Shown here one piece after another: positions 27,794 through 38,964 of a DNA stretch of 64,000 nucleotides (its first letter is position 1; each line of letters begins with the position of its first letter). Origin of the DNA: Nitrospirota bacterium. Lineage in GTDB: Bacteria > Nitrospirota > Thermodesulfovibrionia > Thermodesulfovibrionales > Dissulfurispiraceae. The notes beneath the pieces were generated by a model. The model searched no databases and had not been told where the DNA came from. It saw only the letters and a list, made by a program, of their open reading frames with translations. A program made the translations under genes and the position numbers. The stretch is taken from positions 384,001 to 448,000 of the forward strand of contig CAVPZX010000002.1 in the NCBI GenBank assembly GCA_963710375.1, written 5' to 3'.

Positions 27794-29179
27794 CTACCCT
27801 ATTACAACGGAAGGCAAGATACCGATAACAAACACCATTACCACAGTAATAAGAAGGGCAAACCCTAGTGACGTAGAAGGGTGGATTACAGCCTCTCCTC
27901 CGGGCGCCTCCTTCATATACATGTTCATCACTACCCTTAGGTAGTAATAAGCAGAAATAACGCTGAAAATGACAGCTATGACTACCAGCCAGGTGTACCC
28001 GGCGTTGATTGCCGCCATAAAGATATTGAATTTTCCAACAAACCCCGCTGTCGGCGGTATCCCGGTAAGAGAAAACATAAATACGAGCATTAACGCTGCA
28101 ATAAGCGGACGGCTTTTTGCGAGACCATCGTAGTCCTTTATTTCTTCTCCCTTGTCGAGCATAATTACTACCGCAAAGGCGCCCATATTCATAAAAGCAT
28201 AGATAAGCATATACGTCATCATCGCCTGGCGGCCTGCGAGGGTCCCTGTAATAATTCCGAGAAGCATATAGCCGGCATGGGCAATAGACGAATAAGCCAA
28301 CATTCTTTTTATATTCGTCTGCACAAGGGCAAGGATGTTGCCTACTGCCATGGTGAGGATCGCGATGCCGATGAGCACGGCAGTCCAATCGGGCTGTACG
28401 TTCTGGAATGTCACATAAAATACCCTGCCGATAACCGCAAAACCTGCAGCCTTCGGACCAACCGACATGAAGGCTGTTATAGATGTGGGAGCGCCCTCAT
28501 AGACATCAGGGGCCCACATATGAAAAGGGACCGCCGCTATCTTAAAACAGAAAGAAACGGCAATTAGGAGCATACTCAGCAGCAGAGTTGTAGAAATTTC
28601 GGTCTGCTTCAATAGCTCTGCAATTTTATATAGATCTGTGGTTGCAGTTAATCCGTAAAGGAGTGATATTCCGTAAAGGAGTACTGCGGAGGAAAATGCC
28701 CCCAAAAGAAAATATTTCAGGGCTGCTTCGTTCGATTTGATATCATGACGCTTTATCCCGGCAAGTATATAAGTGCTCAGCGCCATGAGCTCGAGGCCCA
28801 AATAAAGGACAATAAAGTCCCTTGCCGATGCCATGATCATCATGCCGGCAGTGGCAAAGAGCAGCAGGCTGTAATATTCTCCGTATTCCGCTTTCTCCCG
28901 CTGTATATACTTTAGCGAAATCAATACGGTGAGGACCAAGTTGATAAGAAAGATCACTTTGAAATACATACTGTAGCTGTCGCTTATAAACATGCCGCCG
29001 AACGTTTCCCCGTAGCTTGCAGGCAGCACGTAGAATGTTGCGGCTGCAGCAATAATTCCAATAAGTGCAAGGACGCCTTTATCTTTAAATACAAGTTCGA
29101 GAATAAGAAGCAGCATTGCTGCTGAGGACACTATGATTTCGGGCTTCAGCGGCGCCAGATCAGGAAAGGGAATGTTCAT
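27794..29179 (-). CDS. nuoN: NADH-quinone oxidoreductase subunit N
   Basis: EAALKYF, PFHMWAPDVYEGAP, KRMLAYSSIAH. Confidence 0.95.
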   Translation of the reverse strand: MNIPFPDLAPLKPEIIVSSAAMLLLILELVFKDKGVLALIGIIAAAATFYVLPASYGETFGGMFISDSYSMYFKVIFLINLVLTVLISLKYIQREKAEYGEYYSLLLFATAGMMIMASARDFIVLYLGLELMALSTYILAGIKRHDIKSNEAALKYFLLGAFSSAVLLYGISLLYGLTATTDLYKIAELLKQTEISTTLLLSMLLIAVSFCFKIAAVPFHMWAPDVYEGAPTSITAFMSVGPKAAGFAVIGRVFYVTFQNVQPDWTAVLIGIAILTMAVGNILALVQTNIKRMLAYSSIAHAGYMLLGIITGTLAGRQAMMTYMLIYAFMNMGAFAVVIMLDKGEEIKDYDGLAKSRPLIAALMLVFMFSLTGIPPTAGFVGKFNIFMAAINAGYTWLVVIAVIFSVISAYYYLRVVMNMYMKEAPGGEAVIHPSTSLGFALLITVVMVFVIGILPSVVIG

Positions 29180-30684
29180 TGTATCACCTCAATTATATGC
29201 TGCGCCAAATTCTGCTGGACTGGCGTGTTGACTCTTGCAATCAGGTGCTGCACGGATACGTCCATAAAACTCAGAAAAGTATTGGGATACACCCCTATCC
29301 AGAAAACCAGGAGAATGAGCGGAAGGAGCGTCAGTATTTCCCTTAAATCTATGTCCTTGTGGCCCTGCATTTTCGGGTTAATCTCCAGGAAAAAGACCCT
29401 CTGGTATAGCCAGAGCATGTATGCAGCACCGATTATTATTCCGGTAGCAGATAGAGTTCCCATTAGTTTTGATGTGGTAAAACCTCCGAGGATTATAAGA
29501 AATTCACCGATGAAGCCGTTTGTACCCGGCAGTCCTATCGATGCAAGTGTGAGTACCATAAAAAGCGCTGCGTACACAGGAAAAACTGACGCTGCGCCGC
29601 CGTAATCGGCAATCTGTCTCGTGTGGGTCCTGTCATACACCATCCCTATGCAAAGGAACAGCCCGCCGGTTACGATCCCGTGGTTAATCATCTGCAGAAT
29701 GCCGCCCTGCAGACCCTGCATATTAAGCGCAAAGATGCCCAGGGTCACAAACCCCATATGGCTCACTGAACTGTAAGCAATAAGTCTTTTAAGGTCGGTC
29801 TGCCCGAGGCAAATTACCGCACCGTAAATAATTCCTATCACTGACAGTATCATCATTGCCGGCGCCATGGCCTTTGTCGCTTCCGGCAGTATGGGCATGC
29901 TGAATCTCAGGAATCCGTATGCCCCCATCTTTATCAGAATGCCGGCGAGGATAACACTTCCGGCAGTCGGCGCTTCGGTATGAGCGTCAGGCAGCCAGGT
30001 GTGCACCGGAAACATGGGGACTTTCACTGCAAATGCTGCGAAGAATGCCCAGAAAAGCATGACCTGTAGATTAAAAGGATAATTGGTTTCCATCATCTTC
30101 AGTACGTCAAAGCTATTTCCGGTGTTCAGATATAAGACGATAATGCCTATGAGCATAAGCACGCTGCCCACTAGCGTGAAAAGGAAAAACTTGATCGCTG
30201 CGTACACCCTGTTAGGCCCTCCCCATACCCCTATCAAAAGGAACATGGGTATAAGCATCGCCTCCCAAAAGATATAAAAGAGGAACATATCCAGGCTGCA
30301 GAATACGCCTATCATCGAGCCTTCAATTAGAAGCAGCGCGGCATAAAATTCCTTTGTTTTTAGTTTTATGCTTTTCCATGATACGGTCACGCAGAGGATG
30401 GTCAGCAGGGTGGAAAGCAGGACGAACAGGACACTTATGCCATCCACGCCCAGCGAATAATGTATGCCCCATGCCGGAATCCATTCACGCTTCTCCACAA
30501 ACTGCATGGCAGCCGTCGTTTTATCAAAACTGGTGAAAAGGGGCAGGCTCAGCACAAAATTGATTATGCTGACAGCCAGCGCCATCCACTTGATAAAAGT
30601 TTCGCTGGATCTCTTTGTTAAAAAGATAAGCAGCGCACCCAGTATGGGCAAGAAAATTACAGTGCTTAAAACCGGGTAATCCAT
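29176..30684 (-). CDS. nuoM: NADH-quinone oxidoreductase subunit M
   Basis: FWEAMLIPM, HTWLPDAHTEAP. Confidence 0.95.
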   Translation of the reverse strand: MDYPVLSTVIFLPILGALLIFLTKRSSETFIKWMALAVSIINFVLSLPLFTSFDKTTAAMQFVEKREWIPAWGIHYSLGVDGISVLFVLLSTLLTILCVTVSWKSIKLKTKEFYAALLLIEGSMIGVFCSLDMFLFYIFWEAMLIPMFLLIGVWGGPNRVYAAIKFFLFTLVGSVLMLIGIIVLYLNTGNSFDVLKMMETNYPFNLQVMLFWAFFAAFAVKVPMFPVHTWLPDAHTEAPTAGSVILAGILIKMGAYGFLRFSMPILPEATKAMAPAMMILSVIGIIYGAVICLGQTDLKRLIAYSSVSHMGFVTLGIFALNMQGLQGGILQMINHGIVTGGLFLCIGMVYDRTHTRQIADYGGAASVFPVYAALFMVLTLASIGLPGTNGFIGEFLIILGGFTTSKLMGTLSATGIIIGAAYMLWLYQRVFFLEINPKMQGHKDIDLREILTLLPLILLVFWIGVYPNTFLSFMDVSVQHLIARVNTPVQQNLAQHIIEVIQ

Positions 30685-30706
30685 CCATCCTCCTAACTTC
30701 AGCTAA

Positions 30707-32635
30707 TTATTTTCCTACAGAAATCATTACCAGCGAAAACAGAATAAAAAACCCTATAGCCATAATTAATGCATAGTCCTGCACAGAACCGGTCTGCAGC
30801 TTTCTCAACCTTTGTCCGAAATCGGCAATCGCTTTAGGCACCCCATTGACAATGCCTTCTATGATTGTACCGTCCGTCACTGGTATGAGTATGCTTTTGG
30901 CAAGCCACATCGTCGGCCTGACAATAATAGCATCATATAATTCGTCAACATAGTATTTATTCCACAATACTGTATAAATACCTTTGAAGCCGGCAGCCAG
31001 GTTCTTTGGAATTTCGGGCTTTAATACATAGAATATCCATGAAACCAGTATGCCGCCCACCGCGCAAGCGATTGAAATGCCCATCACCATCCATTCCTCG
31101 TCTTCGCCTGCATGCACATGCGGGTGGCCAAGCACCGGGTGGAGGAAGTGGCCTATGAAATTACCGCCGCCCAATGTTTCAGATATCCCCAACCATCCGG
31201 CAGATATCGCTCCGACAGCGAGCAACATAAGCGGTATAGTCATCGACTTGGGCGATTCATGGAGATGATGCTCCTGCTCGTGGGTGCCCCTGAATTTTCC
31301 ATGAAATGCCAGGAAAATTATCCTGAAGCTGTAGAATGCGGTGAGCGCGGCGACCAGCGTTCCCATGGCCCAGACAATCCTGCCTACAGTGCCGCCGTTG
31401 TATGCCAGCCAGAGGATCTCATCTTTGCTGAAAAAGCCTGCAAGACCGGGGATACCGGCAATGCTCAGTGAAGCAATTAAAAATGTCCAGTAAGTAACCG
31501 GCATGTATTTTTTGAGCCCGCCCATCTTCTGTATATCCAGTTCGCCTGACATGGCGTGCATGACGCTGCCGGCTCCGAGGAACAACAATGCCTTAAAGTA
31601 TGCATGAGTAAAGAGGTGAAAGATGCCTGCACCGTAAGCGCCAACGCCGCAAGCCAGGAACATGTAACCGAGCTGACTTACTGTGGAATATGCGACTATA
31701 CGCTTGATATCATTTTGCACCAGGGCAATGGTTGCGGCAAACAAGCTCGTTACCGCGCCAGTAATGGCCACAACACCCATTGCAACGGGCGAGAGACTGA
31801 ATACGGGGTTAAACCTTGCCACCATGAATACACCGGCTGTTACCATAGTGGCCGCGTGTATAAGCGCGCTAACCGGTGTCGGGCCCTCCATTGCATCAGG
31901 CAGCCAGACATGGAGCGGTATCTGTGCTGATTTGCCGACTGCCCCGCAAAACAGCAGCAGCGCAATAAGGGTTATAAGATCTACGTTATACCCGAAAAGA
32001 GGTATCGTCTGCCCCTGCAGCATTCCGACCTTGCTGAATATGTCGGCATAGTGGACACTGCCCAGGTTCAGGAAGATTAAGATGACTCCCAATCCAAAGC
32101 CGAAATCTCCAAACCTGTTTACAATAAAAGCCTTTTTGCCTGCATCGGATGCGCTCTTCTTATGAAAGTAATAGCCTATAAGAAAATAGGAGCACAACCC
32201 AACTGCCTCCCAGCCAAAATAGAGCTGAAGGAGATTATTGGCCAGAACAAGCATAAGCATCGAAAAGGTAAAGAGGCAAAGGTAAGCAAAGAAACGGTAA
32301 TACCCGTTGTCACCATGCATGTAGCCAATAGAGTAAATATATACGAGCAGGCTTATGCTCGTCACTACTATAAGCATTATGGCTGTTAGCGGGTCTATTA
32401 AAAACCCCACGCTCGCCTTGAAGCTGCCCGATATAATCCAGCTGTAGATATCCTGGTTTATCACCTTGCCGCCCATTACTTCAGCAAAAGTCATCACCGA
32501 GAGCACAACTGATCCGAGCAGCGCAAGGACCGCCGGCCAGTGGGCCTTGTTCCTTATGATCGATTTACCTAAGAGAATATTAATTACGAAAGCGATAAGC
32601 GGCAAGAGAGGAATTAAAACATATCGTTCCATCAT
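30707..32635 (-). CDS. nuoL: NADH-quinone oxidoreductase subunit L
   Basis: WLPDAMEGPTPVSALIHAATMV. Confidence 0.95.
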   Translation of the reverse strand: MMERYVLIPLLPLIAFVINILLGKSIIRNKAHWPAVLALLGSVVLSVMTFAEVMGGKVINQDIYSWIISGSFKASVGFLIDPLTAIMLIVVTSISLLVYIYSIGYMHGDNGYYRFFAYLCLFTFSMLMLVLANNLLQLYFGWEAVGLCSYFLIGYYFHKKSASDAGKKAFIVNRFGDFGFGLGVILIFLNLGSVHYADIFSKVGMLQGQTIPLFGYNVDLITLIALLLFCGAVGKSAQIPLHVWLPDAMEGPTPVSALIHAATMVTAGVFMVARFNPVFSLSPVAMGVVAITGAVTSLFAATIALVQNDIKRIVAYSTVSQLGYMFLACGVGAYGAGIFHLFTHAYFKALLFLGAGSVMHAMSGELDIQKMGGLKKYMPVTYWTFLIASLSIAGIPGLAGFFSKDEILWLAYNGGTVGRIVWAMGTLVAALTAFYSFRIIFLAFHGKFRGTHEQEHHLHESPKSMTIPLMLLAVGAISAGWLGISETLGGGNFIGHFLHPVLGHPHVHAGEDEEWMVMGISIACAVGGILVSWIFYVLKPEIPKNLAAGFKGIYTVLWNKYYVDELYDAIIVRPTMWLAKSILIPVTDGTIIEGIVNGVPKAIADFGQRLRKLQTGSVQDYALIMAIGFFILFSLVMISVGK

Positions 32636-32938
32636 CTATCCTTTCATTTCCATGACTTCGTCTGTGTGCAATACCGCCTTGTTTTTAAACATCGCCACCA
32701 CTATAGCCAGGCCTATAGCCGCCTCGGCGGCTGCCACGGTGATAATGAAAAGGACCAGAACCTGGCCCCTTACGTCCTGAAGGTAGTGGCTGAAAGCTAC
32801 AAGGCTGATATTCACCGAGTTCAGCATCAGTTCTATGGAAATTAGCATAATCATAATATTGCGCCTGATAAGAAACCCGACAGCGCCGATCGTGAAAATT
32901 ATTGCACTTAACTCTATATACCAGTTTAAAGGTACCAT
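32636..32938 (-). CDS. nuoK: NADH-quinone oxidoreductase subunit K
   Basis: IELMLN, AAAEAAIGL. Confidence 0.95.
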   Translation of the reverse strand: MVPLNWYIELSAIIFTIGAVGFLIRRNIMIMLISIELMLNSVNISLVAFSHYLQDVRGQVLVLFIITVAAAEAAIGLAIVVAMFKNKAVLHTDEVMEMKG

Positions 32939-32946
32939 CAGTCCTC

Positions 32947-33456
32947 CTATGTCCTCCTCTTCTTAGCCAGCACCAGGGCGCCGACGACTGCTATAAGCAA
33001 TATGAGCGATGCTATCTCAAAGGGGAAGAGATATTCAGTGTACAATACCCTGCCGAGCACCTTGGCATGAGTTTCGGCCTGGACAGCCGCTATGGTGTAA
33101 CTGCCGAGCGGACCGGGCGTCAATGTGCTAATCGCCAAAAGGATAAGAACCAGTACCGTGCCCCCGACAAAAACTGCCACCGCCCAATCCCCTGCAAACC
33201 GCTCATCAACGACCTCTTTCTTAATGTTCAGCATCATGATGACGAAAAGGAAAAGCACCAATATAGCACCGGCATACAATATCAACTGCACCGCTGCCAG
33301 AAACTCAGCGTTGAGAAACAAATATAAACCCGCAATGTGAAAGAACAGGGCCAGCATCCACAAAATGCTATGTACAGGGTTCTTCCGCGTTATGATCAAA
33401 AGCGAAATAACTACCATCACTATGGAAAAATATCCGAAATACAACTTAGGCAGCAT
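32947..33456 (-). CDS. nuoJ: NADH-quinone oxidoreductase subunit J
   Basis: NPVHS, YAGAILVLFLFVIM, PFE. Confidence 0.95.
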   Translation of the reverse strand: MLPKLYFGYFSIVMVVISLLIITRKNPVHSILWMLALFFHIAGLYLFLNAEFLAAVQLILYAGAILVLFLFVIMMLNIKKEVVDERFAGDWAVAVFVGGTVLVLILLAISTLTPGPLGSYTIAAVQAETHAKVLGRVLYTEYLFPFEIASLILLIAVVGALVLAKKRRT

Positions 33457-34018
33457 TACTCATTCCCTCCGTTTTCCCTCGGCTGCCCCTGAATACCGCT
33501 TGGTCCTCATGGGCTTTAAAGTCCTCGCTCATCGGCCTCCAGAAACGTTTGAAATACTCCTCTCCCTTCTTGCCGGCCATGTATTTGTCCCAATTTGCGA
33601 GGAGCTTTTCCTTGTCCATAAAAAGAGCTGCACGCGAAGTGTCGGAATACTCATAATGCCCTGTGAGCACCACAGCTTGAAAGGGGCAGGCCTCCACGCA
33701 AAACCCGCAATAGACACACCTGAGCACTTCAATCTCGTAACGGTCGACAACCTTTGTATGGTCATCAGCTTCGCTGGTGTAAATATCGATGCACCGGGAA
33801 GGACAAACTGCCGCGCACAAACCGCAACCCACACACCGTGCCGTCCCGTCTTCTTTCCTTGCGAGTGCATGCAGCCCACGGAAGGCGAGGAACATTACCC
33901 TCTTTTCCTTAGGGTATTGCCTCGTTACAGCCGGAGTGAGCATCATCCTGAAGGTCAAAGCCATACCTTTCACAATTTCGAGCAGAAAGACCTTTTTTGC
34001 AAAATTCTTTATTCCCAT
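33446..34018 (-). CDS. nuoI: NADH-quinone oxidoreductase subunit I
   Basis: Two CxxCxxCxxxCP motifs, TxQYP. Confidence 0.95.
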   Translation of the reverse strand: MGIKNFAKKVFLLEIVKGMALTFRMMLTPAVTRQYPKEKRVMFLAFRGLHALARKEDGTARCVGCGLCAAVCPSRCIDIYTSEADDHTKVVDRYEIEVLRCVYCGFCVEACPFQAVVLTGHYEYSDTSRAALFMDKEKLLANWDKYMAGKKGEEYFKRFWRPMSEDFKAHEDQAVFRGSRGKTEGMSNAA

Positions 34019-34041
34019 AGTCCTCTCTTACCTTTCAACCA

Positions 34042-35085
34042 TCAAGCAAAAAATTTAACAATGGAAGTCACGACTATATTGAGCAGTGCCAATGGCAACA
34101 GCACCTTCCATCCCAATGCCATAAGCTGATCGTACCGGTATCTGGGTACCGTCGCCCTTATCCAGTAGAAAAGAAAAATGTGAAAATATACTTTTGCCAG
34201 GAGCCATACTATCCCCGGCACTGCCAACAGAATGGGGACCGCGCCCGTAATAAACGGAGGCAAGGTCCAGCCGCCCATAAAACAAATCGCCGCCATCGAC
34301 GACATCACCAGCATGCCGATATATTCTGACATGTAATAAAGTGCAAATCGCATTCCGCTGTATTCGACAAAGTAGCCTGCCACCAGTTCGCTTTCTGCCT
34401 CAGGCAGATCAAAAGGAGTTCTGTTGGTCTCGGCAAAGGCGGCAACGATGAACACAAAGTAACCAAGGAACTGCGGTATAATAAACATGCCATACCAGTG
34501 CTGCTGCTGTGCATTTACAATCTCTGTAAGGTTCATTGACCCTGCCATCAGTATCACGCCTATAAGGCTCATGCCCATACAGACCTCATAACTGATGACC
34601 TGCGCGGACGCTCTCAGTCCGCCCAGGAACGAATACTTTGAATTGGACGACCATCCGGCCATTACTACTCCGTATGCCCCCAAAGAAGACATAGCAAGAA
34701 CGTAAAGGAGTCCAACATTAATATTGGCTATCACATACCAGTCGCCGGAGGAGAATGGTATTACCGCCAGGGCACTCATAGCGGCAAACGTAAAAATAAT
34801 GGGGGCCAGAATGAATACCGGCTTGTCCGCTTGAGCAGGAATAATGTCTTCTTTGAAAAACGATTTCAGGCCGTCTGCAATCGGCTGCCATATCCCGTGG
34901 GGGCCGGTCCTCATGGGTCCAAGCCTCACCTGCATATGCCCAATCACTTTTCTTTCAAAATAAGTTGCATACATAACATGTAACAGAATCACGCTTATGA
35001 CAATCGCTATTTTGACTAATATAATAATGAATTGCATTATGAAATGAAGATTCCCTGATGAGGCCGCCATATCGACTAAGTTCAC
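34042..35085 (-). CDS. nuoH: NADH-quinone oxidoreductase subunit H
   Basis: ERK..MQVRLGP, QVISYE, PFDLPEAESEL, RYRYDQL. Confidence 0.95.
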   Translation of the reverse strand: MNLVDMAASSGNLHFIMQFIIILVKIAIVISVILLHVMYATYFERKVIGHMQVRLGPMRTGPHGIWQPIADGLKSFFKEDIIPAQADKPVFILAPIIFTFAAMSALAVIPFSSGDWYVIANINVGLLYVLAMSSLGAYGVVMAGWSSNSKYSFLGGLRASAQVISYEVCMGMSLIGVILMAGSMNLTEIVNAQQQHWYGMFIIPQFLGYFVFIVAAFAETNRTPFDLPEAESELVAGYFVEYSGMRFALYYMSEYIGMLVMSSMAAICFMGGWTLPPFITGAVPILLAVPGIVWLLAKVYFHIFLFYWIRATVPRYRYDQLMALGWKVLLPLALLNIVVTSIVKFFA

Positions 35086-35122
35086 GCTGATACCTCCGAT
35101 GTAATCCTATAAACCTATATTG

Positions 35123-36322
35123 CTATCTGTCGCACTCCCCGAGCACTATATCCAGAGTGCCGATATTTGCAACAACGTCCGCTACCATGGCATCCCGGCA
35201 TAAAACCGGCAACGCTGCTAAATGGACAAATGAAGGCGCCCTTAGCCTCATCCTGTAGGGCCTTCCGCTTCCGTCGCTGACTATATAATAGCCCAGTTCG
35301 CCTTTGGGGACTTCGGTAGCCACATATATTTCACCTACGGGTGCGGCAATAGGGCCTTTTGTAATCAAGACAAATTGATGAATAAGCGATTCCATATCAG
35401 CCAATACCCTGTCCTTTGGAGGCAGGGTGAATTTAGGAGCATCAGGCGCCATGATGGCCCCCTTGGGCAACTGCTCGATGCACTGCCTTATAATCCAGTT
35501 CGACTGTTTCATCTCTTCCATACGGCAGAGATAGCGGTCATACACATCACCATTTTTTCCTACCGGCACATTGAACTCTACCTTTTCATAGGCATCATAG
35601 GGGGCATATTTCCTGACATCATAGGGCACGCCGGAGCCGCGCAGGTTAGGACCTGTAAGACCCCAACTTATTGCTTCTTCGGCACTTATAACGCCGATGC
35701 CCTGCGTGCGCTGCTTCCATATCCTATTTTCGTTCAGGAGGGTCTCATATTCACGTTCTATCGTTGCTGGAAATGTCTCGGTAAATGCGTATAATTTATC
35801 AAGAAACTCCTGGCTTACATCATTCCTCACACCGCCGATTCTCGGGTAGCTCACAGTAAGCCTTGCGCCGCAGGTCATCTCAAACAGGTCCAATAACGTT
35901 TCTCTGTCTCTGAATGAGTACAGAAAGAGAGTCATCGCGCCGATGTCGAGGGCATGAGTTGCAACACCTATTATATGACTGCTTATCCTCGTCATTTCCG
36001 ACATCATGGTCCGGATGTACTTTGCGCGCTCAGGCGCCTCGACTCCGAAAAGCCTTTCGCACGCCAAACAATATCCGACATTGTTCGCCATGCTGGAGAT
36101 ATAATCGAGCCTGTCAGTCAACGGCAGCGCAGAAAGGTAGGTACGGTTTTCAGAAAGCTTCTCCACTCCCCTGTGGAGATACCCTACATAGGGAGTTATC
36201 TTAACAACGCTTTCGCCGTCAAGTTCAAGCACGACCCTCAGCACGCCATGTGTAGCAGGGTGCTGAGGCCCCATGCTAATGGTCAACTCTTTAGTCTTAA
36301 GGTCCTTTTCTATGGCCGGCAT
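35123..36322 (-). CDS. nuoD: NADH-quinone oxidoreductase subunit D
   Basis: [22 protein letters not shown]-terminal GECDR. Confidence 0.95.
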   Translation of the reverse strand: MPAIEKDLKTKELTISMGPQHPATHGVLRVVLELDGESVVKITPYVGYLHRGVEKLSENRTYLSALPLTDRLDYISSMANNVGYCLACERLFGVEAPERAKYIRTMMSEMTRISSHIIGVATHALDIGAMTLFLYSFRDRETLLDLFEMTCGARLTVSYPRIGGVRNDVSQEFLDKLYAFTETFPATIEREYETLLNENRIWKQRTQGIGVISAEEAISWGLTGPNLRGSGVPYDVRKYAPYDAYEKVEFNVPVGKNGDVYDRYLCRMEEMKQSNWIIRQCIEQLPKGAIMAPDAPKFTLPPKDRVLADMESLIHQFVLITKGPIAAPVGEIYVATEVPKGELGYYIVSDGSGRPYRMRLRAPSFVHLAALPVLCRDAMVADVVANIGTLDIVLGECDR

Positions 36323-36859
36323 CTATATTACCTCATATCCTTTGTTCTTTTTTGCAATTTCGACGATCTCTGTATATCCGCGCCATTCCTTCTCACCAAG
36401 ATCGCTCTTGAGCGGATAATCTTTTCTTAATGGATGCCCTTCCCAGTCTTCCGGCATGAGGATTCTCCTCAAGTCAGGATGGCCGTTGAAGGTAATGCCA
36501 AAGAGGTCAAAACACTCGCGCTCATGCCAATTGGCCCCTGCCCAGACATCAACAACACTGTCTATTGACGCATCTTCCTCCGGCACCTCAGCCTTAATCC
36601 GTATCATATGCCTGTGCCTCAGAGAGTACAAATGGTAAACCACTTCAAACCGAGTCTCCTTTTTGCCTAAGTAGTCCACACCGCATAGGTCTCTGAGAAA
36701 ATTGAAATAAAGCTCCGGAGTATCATGAAGGTACTGCATTATCTCCTTTATCCTGTCTTTTCTCAGCACAACCGATAACTGGCCGTGGAATTCCTTGGTC
36801 CCCCTCAACTCATCGGGATACCTGTCTTTTATCATCTCGGCAATATCATTCAGTTCCAT
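36323..36859 (-). CDS. nuoC: NADH-quinone oxidoreductase subunit C
   Basis: WHERE..DLFG..F.GHPDLRRIL...GHPLRKDYP. Confidence 0.95.
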   Translation of the reverse strand: MELNDIAEMIKDRYPDELRGTKEFHGQLSVVLRKDRIKEIMQYLHDTPELYFNFLRDLCGVDYLGKKETRFEVVYHLYSLRHRHMIRIKAEVPEEDASIDSVVDVWAGANWHERECFDLFGITFNGHPDLRRILMPEDWEGHPLRKDYPLKSDLGEKEWRGYTEIVEIAKKNKGYEVI

Positions 36860-36867
36860 AATTAATT

Positions 36868-36955
36868 CAGGTTAAGATTAAGGTTAAGGTTAAGAAACAC
36901 CTAAAAAAATTACCTTAGTCTTGGTCTTCTTGACCTCAGCCTTAACCTTTACCTG
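36868..36955. repeat. palindromic hexamer cassette (GGTTAA/AACCTT type) between nuoB and nuoC
   Basis: caggttaagattaaggttaagg...ccttaacctttacctg; similar copies at 49481-49596 and 54219-54321. Confidence 0.75.
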
Positions 36956-36959
36956 TCTT

Positions 36960-37484
36960 TTACCTCCACATACTCCACTTGAAGTGTTCTTTTTTTATCT
37001 TTTCCTGAAGCTTGATGATGCCGTCATAGAGAGCTTCAGGCCTTGGCGGGCATCCCGGCACATAAACATCTACGGGCAAAAAGGTATCGGCACCCTGAAC
37101 AGTGCTGTATGTATCGAAGATCCCTCCGCTGCAGGCACAACTGCCCATCGCTATTACATACCTGGGCAAGGCCATCTGGTCATAGACCCTGCGTATAATC
37201 GGGGTCATTTTCTTTGTGATGGTACCCGCGAGAATGATGACATCCGCCTGCCTCGGCGATCCCCTGAAAACTATTCCAAATCTGTCCAGATCATAGTGTG
37301 ACGCTCCCGAAGCCATCATTTCGATAGCGCAGCAGGCCAGTCCAAAACTCATAGGCCATAAGGAAGACAATCTGGCCCAGTCCACGACCTTGTCAAGAGT
37401 GGCTATTATGGTGTTTGCACCGGGAATTACCCGCACACCTTCTTCCACTTCAATCAAATCCGTAGTGTTTTCCAATACCATCAT
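36960..37484 (-). CDS. nuoB: NADH-quinone oxidoreductase subunit B
   Basis: [26 protein letters not shown]. Confidence 0.95.
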   Translation of the reverse strand: MMVLENTTDLIEVEEGVRVIPGANTIIATLDKVVDWARLSSLWPMSFGLACCAIEMMASGASHYDLDRFGIVFRGSPRQADVIILAGTITKKMTPIIRRVYDQMALPRYVIAMGSCACSGGIFDTYSTVQGADTFLPVDVYVPGCPPRPEALYDGIIKLQEKIKKEHFKWSMWR

Positions 37485-37512
37485 ATGCCTTTACCCCCCA
37501 CTAATCTGTGCT

Positions 37513-37896
37513 TCAATCCCATTCGAATGCCTCTTTTTTCCAGGCATAGACATATCCTATAAGCAGGACCGCTATGAAAAGCATCATTTCTATCAGCGCA
37601 TAAAGGCCGATTTTATCGTACACAAGTGCCCATGGATACAGGAAAACAGCTTCAACATCAAATATGACAAATAGCATGGCAATAATATAGAACCTGACAT
37701 TGAACCGCTGCCTTGCCTCTCCAATAGGAGGGTTCCCTGATTCATAAGCCATGAGTTTTTCCGGGTAAGGCCTTTTAAGCCTGAACAGCTGTCCGATCAA
37801 CAGCACTACGATTCCAAATAAGAAAGCGATAATCATAAATATTAATACGGGAAAGTATGCGGTGGGCACAAAATTACCTGGAACCATTGTATTCAT
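37513..37896 (-). CDS. nuoA: NADH-quinone oxidoreductase subunit A
   Basis: YESG, FDVEAVFLYPWA. TTGACA promoter at about 37963-37968. Confidence 0.95.
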   Translation of the reverse strand: MNTMVPGNFVPTAYFPVLIFMIIAFLFGIVVLLIGQLFRLKRPYPEKLMAYESGNPPIGEARQRFNVRFYIIAMLFVIFDVEAVFLYPWALVYDKIGLYALIEMMLFIAVLLIGYVYAWKKEAFEWD

Positions 37897-38071
37897 CTAT
37901 TACCTCATTTTTAGTCGTTTTTAAGAACCAAATTGCTATTTATAACTTAAGCTGCGGAGGCTTGTCAAGTTAATTAAATTGTATTTTTTTATAAAATTTT
38001 ATTATATTGCTCACTATTTTAGTATATGGCTTCCTTGTTTTTAGCGCGTCAGTTAAGTAAAATCACAGTAC

Positions 38072-38860
38072 ATGAATGTTCTTGAGAAAATAATGCAAAA
38101 AAAGGCCGAACGACTGGCAAACTCAAGAAATATTATTTCGCTTCGAGAGTTAAAACTCACCATCGCAGATGCTGACAATGAAGCGCGGGACTTAAAGAGT
38201 GCTTTGAGCGCCGGTAAGGGGGAAATACGGCTTATTGCCGAGTTAAAAAAGGCATCACCTTCCAAAGGCTTGATACGGCCCGTCTTTGATCCTGCCGAAA
38301 TCGCCTCGCTTTATGAAAGAAAGCGTGTCAGCGCCCTGTCAATCTTAACTGAAGAAGATTTTTTTCAGGGCAGCTTATCTTACCTGAGGACAGTCAGGGA
38401 CGTTACCTCAAAACCCATTTTGAGAAAAGATTTTATTTTTGATGAGTACCAGATATTTGAATCAAAAGCACACCGTGCAGATGCCCTTCTGCTTATTGCC
38501 GCAGCGCTTGAGAGGAACCAGGCCCAGGAATATCTGCATTTGGCCGGCGAATTACATCTCGGAGTCCTGTTTGAGGTGCACAATGAAGAAGACCTTGAAA
38601 AGGCGCTATTGGTAAAGGCTGAGATTATCGGCATAAACAATCGCGACCTCAAGACATTAAAAATCGATCTTTCAACAACGTTTAGGCTGATAAATGAGAT
38701 ACCGGAAGACCGCGTCGTAGTAAGCGAAAGCGGCATCAGAAACAGAAATGACGTTGTAACACTTATGGACGCGGGAGTGGATGCAATACTTGTCGGTACA
38801 TCGCTGATGGCGGCAAAAGATATCGGGGCAAAGATCGACGAACTGATGGGAAACGCCTAA
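38072..38860 (+). CDS. trpC: indole-3-glycerol phosphate synthase
   Basis: IAELKKASPSKG, LRKDFI, GINNRDL, SESGI. Confidence 0.95.
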   Translation: MNVLEKIMQKKAERLANSRNIISLRELKLTIADADNEARDLKSALSAGKGEIRLIAELKKASPSKGLIRPVFDPAEIASLYERKRVSALSILTEEDFFQGSLSYLRTVRDVTSKPILRKDFIFDEYQIFESKAHRADALLLIAAALERNQAQEYLHLAGELHLGVLFEVHNEEDLEKALLVKAEIIGINNRDLKTLKIDLSTTFRLINEIPEDRVVVSESGIRNRNDVVTLMDAGVDAILVGTSLMAAKDIGAKIDELMGNA

Positions 38861-38964
38861 ATACCGTGAATAGTGAAAAGTGAATAGTGAACGTAAAAGT
38901 CAGAAACAAAAAAAACGTGAGTGCTGTTGACCCTTCACCTTTCACTATTCACGATTCACGGTAT
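38861..38964. repeat. palindromic heptamer cassette (GTGAATA/TATTCAC)
   Basis: ataccgtgaatagtgaa...ttcactattcacgattcacggtat; same family at 42411-42525, 42695-42786 and 43230-43390. Confidence 0.75.
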
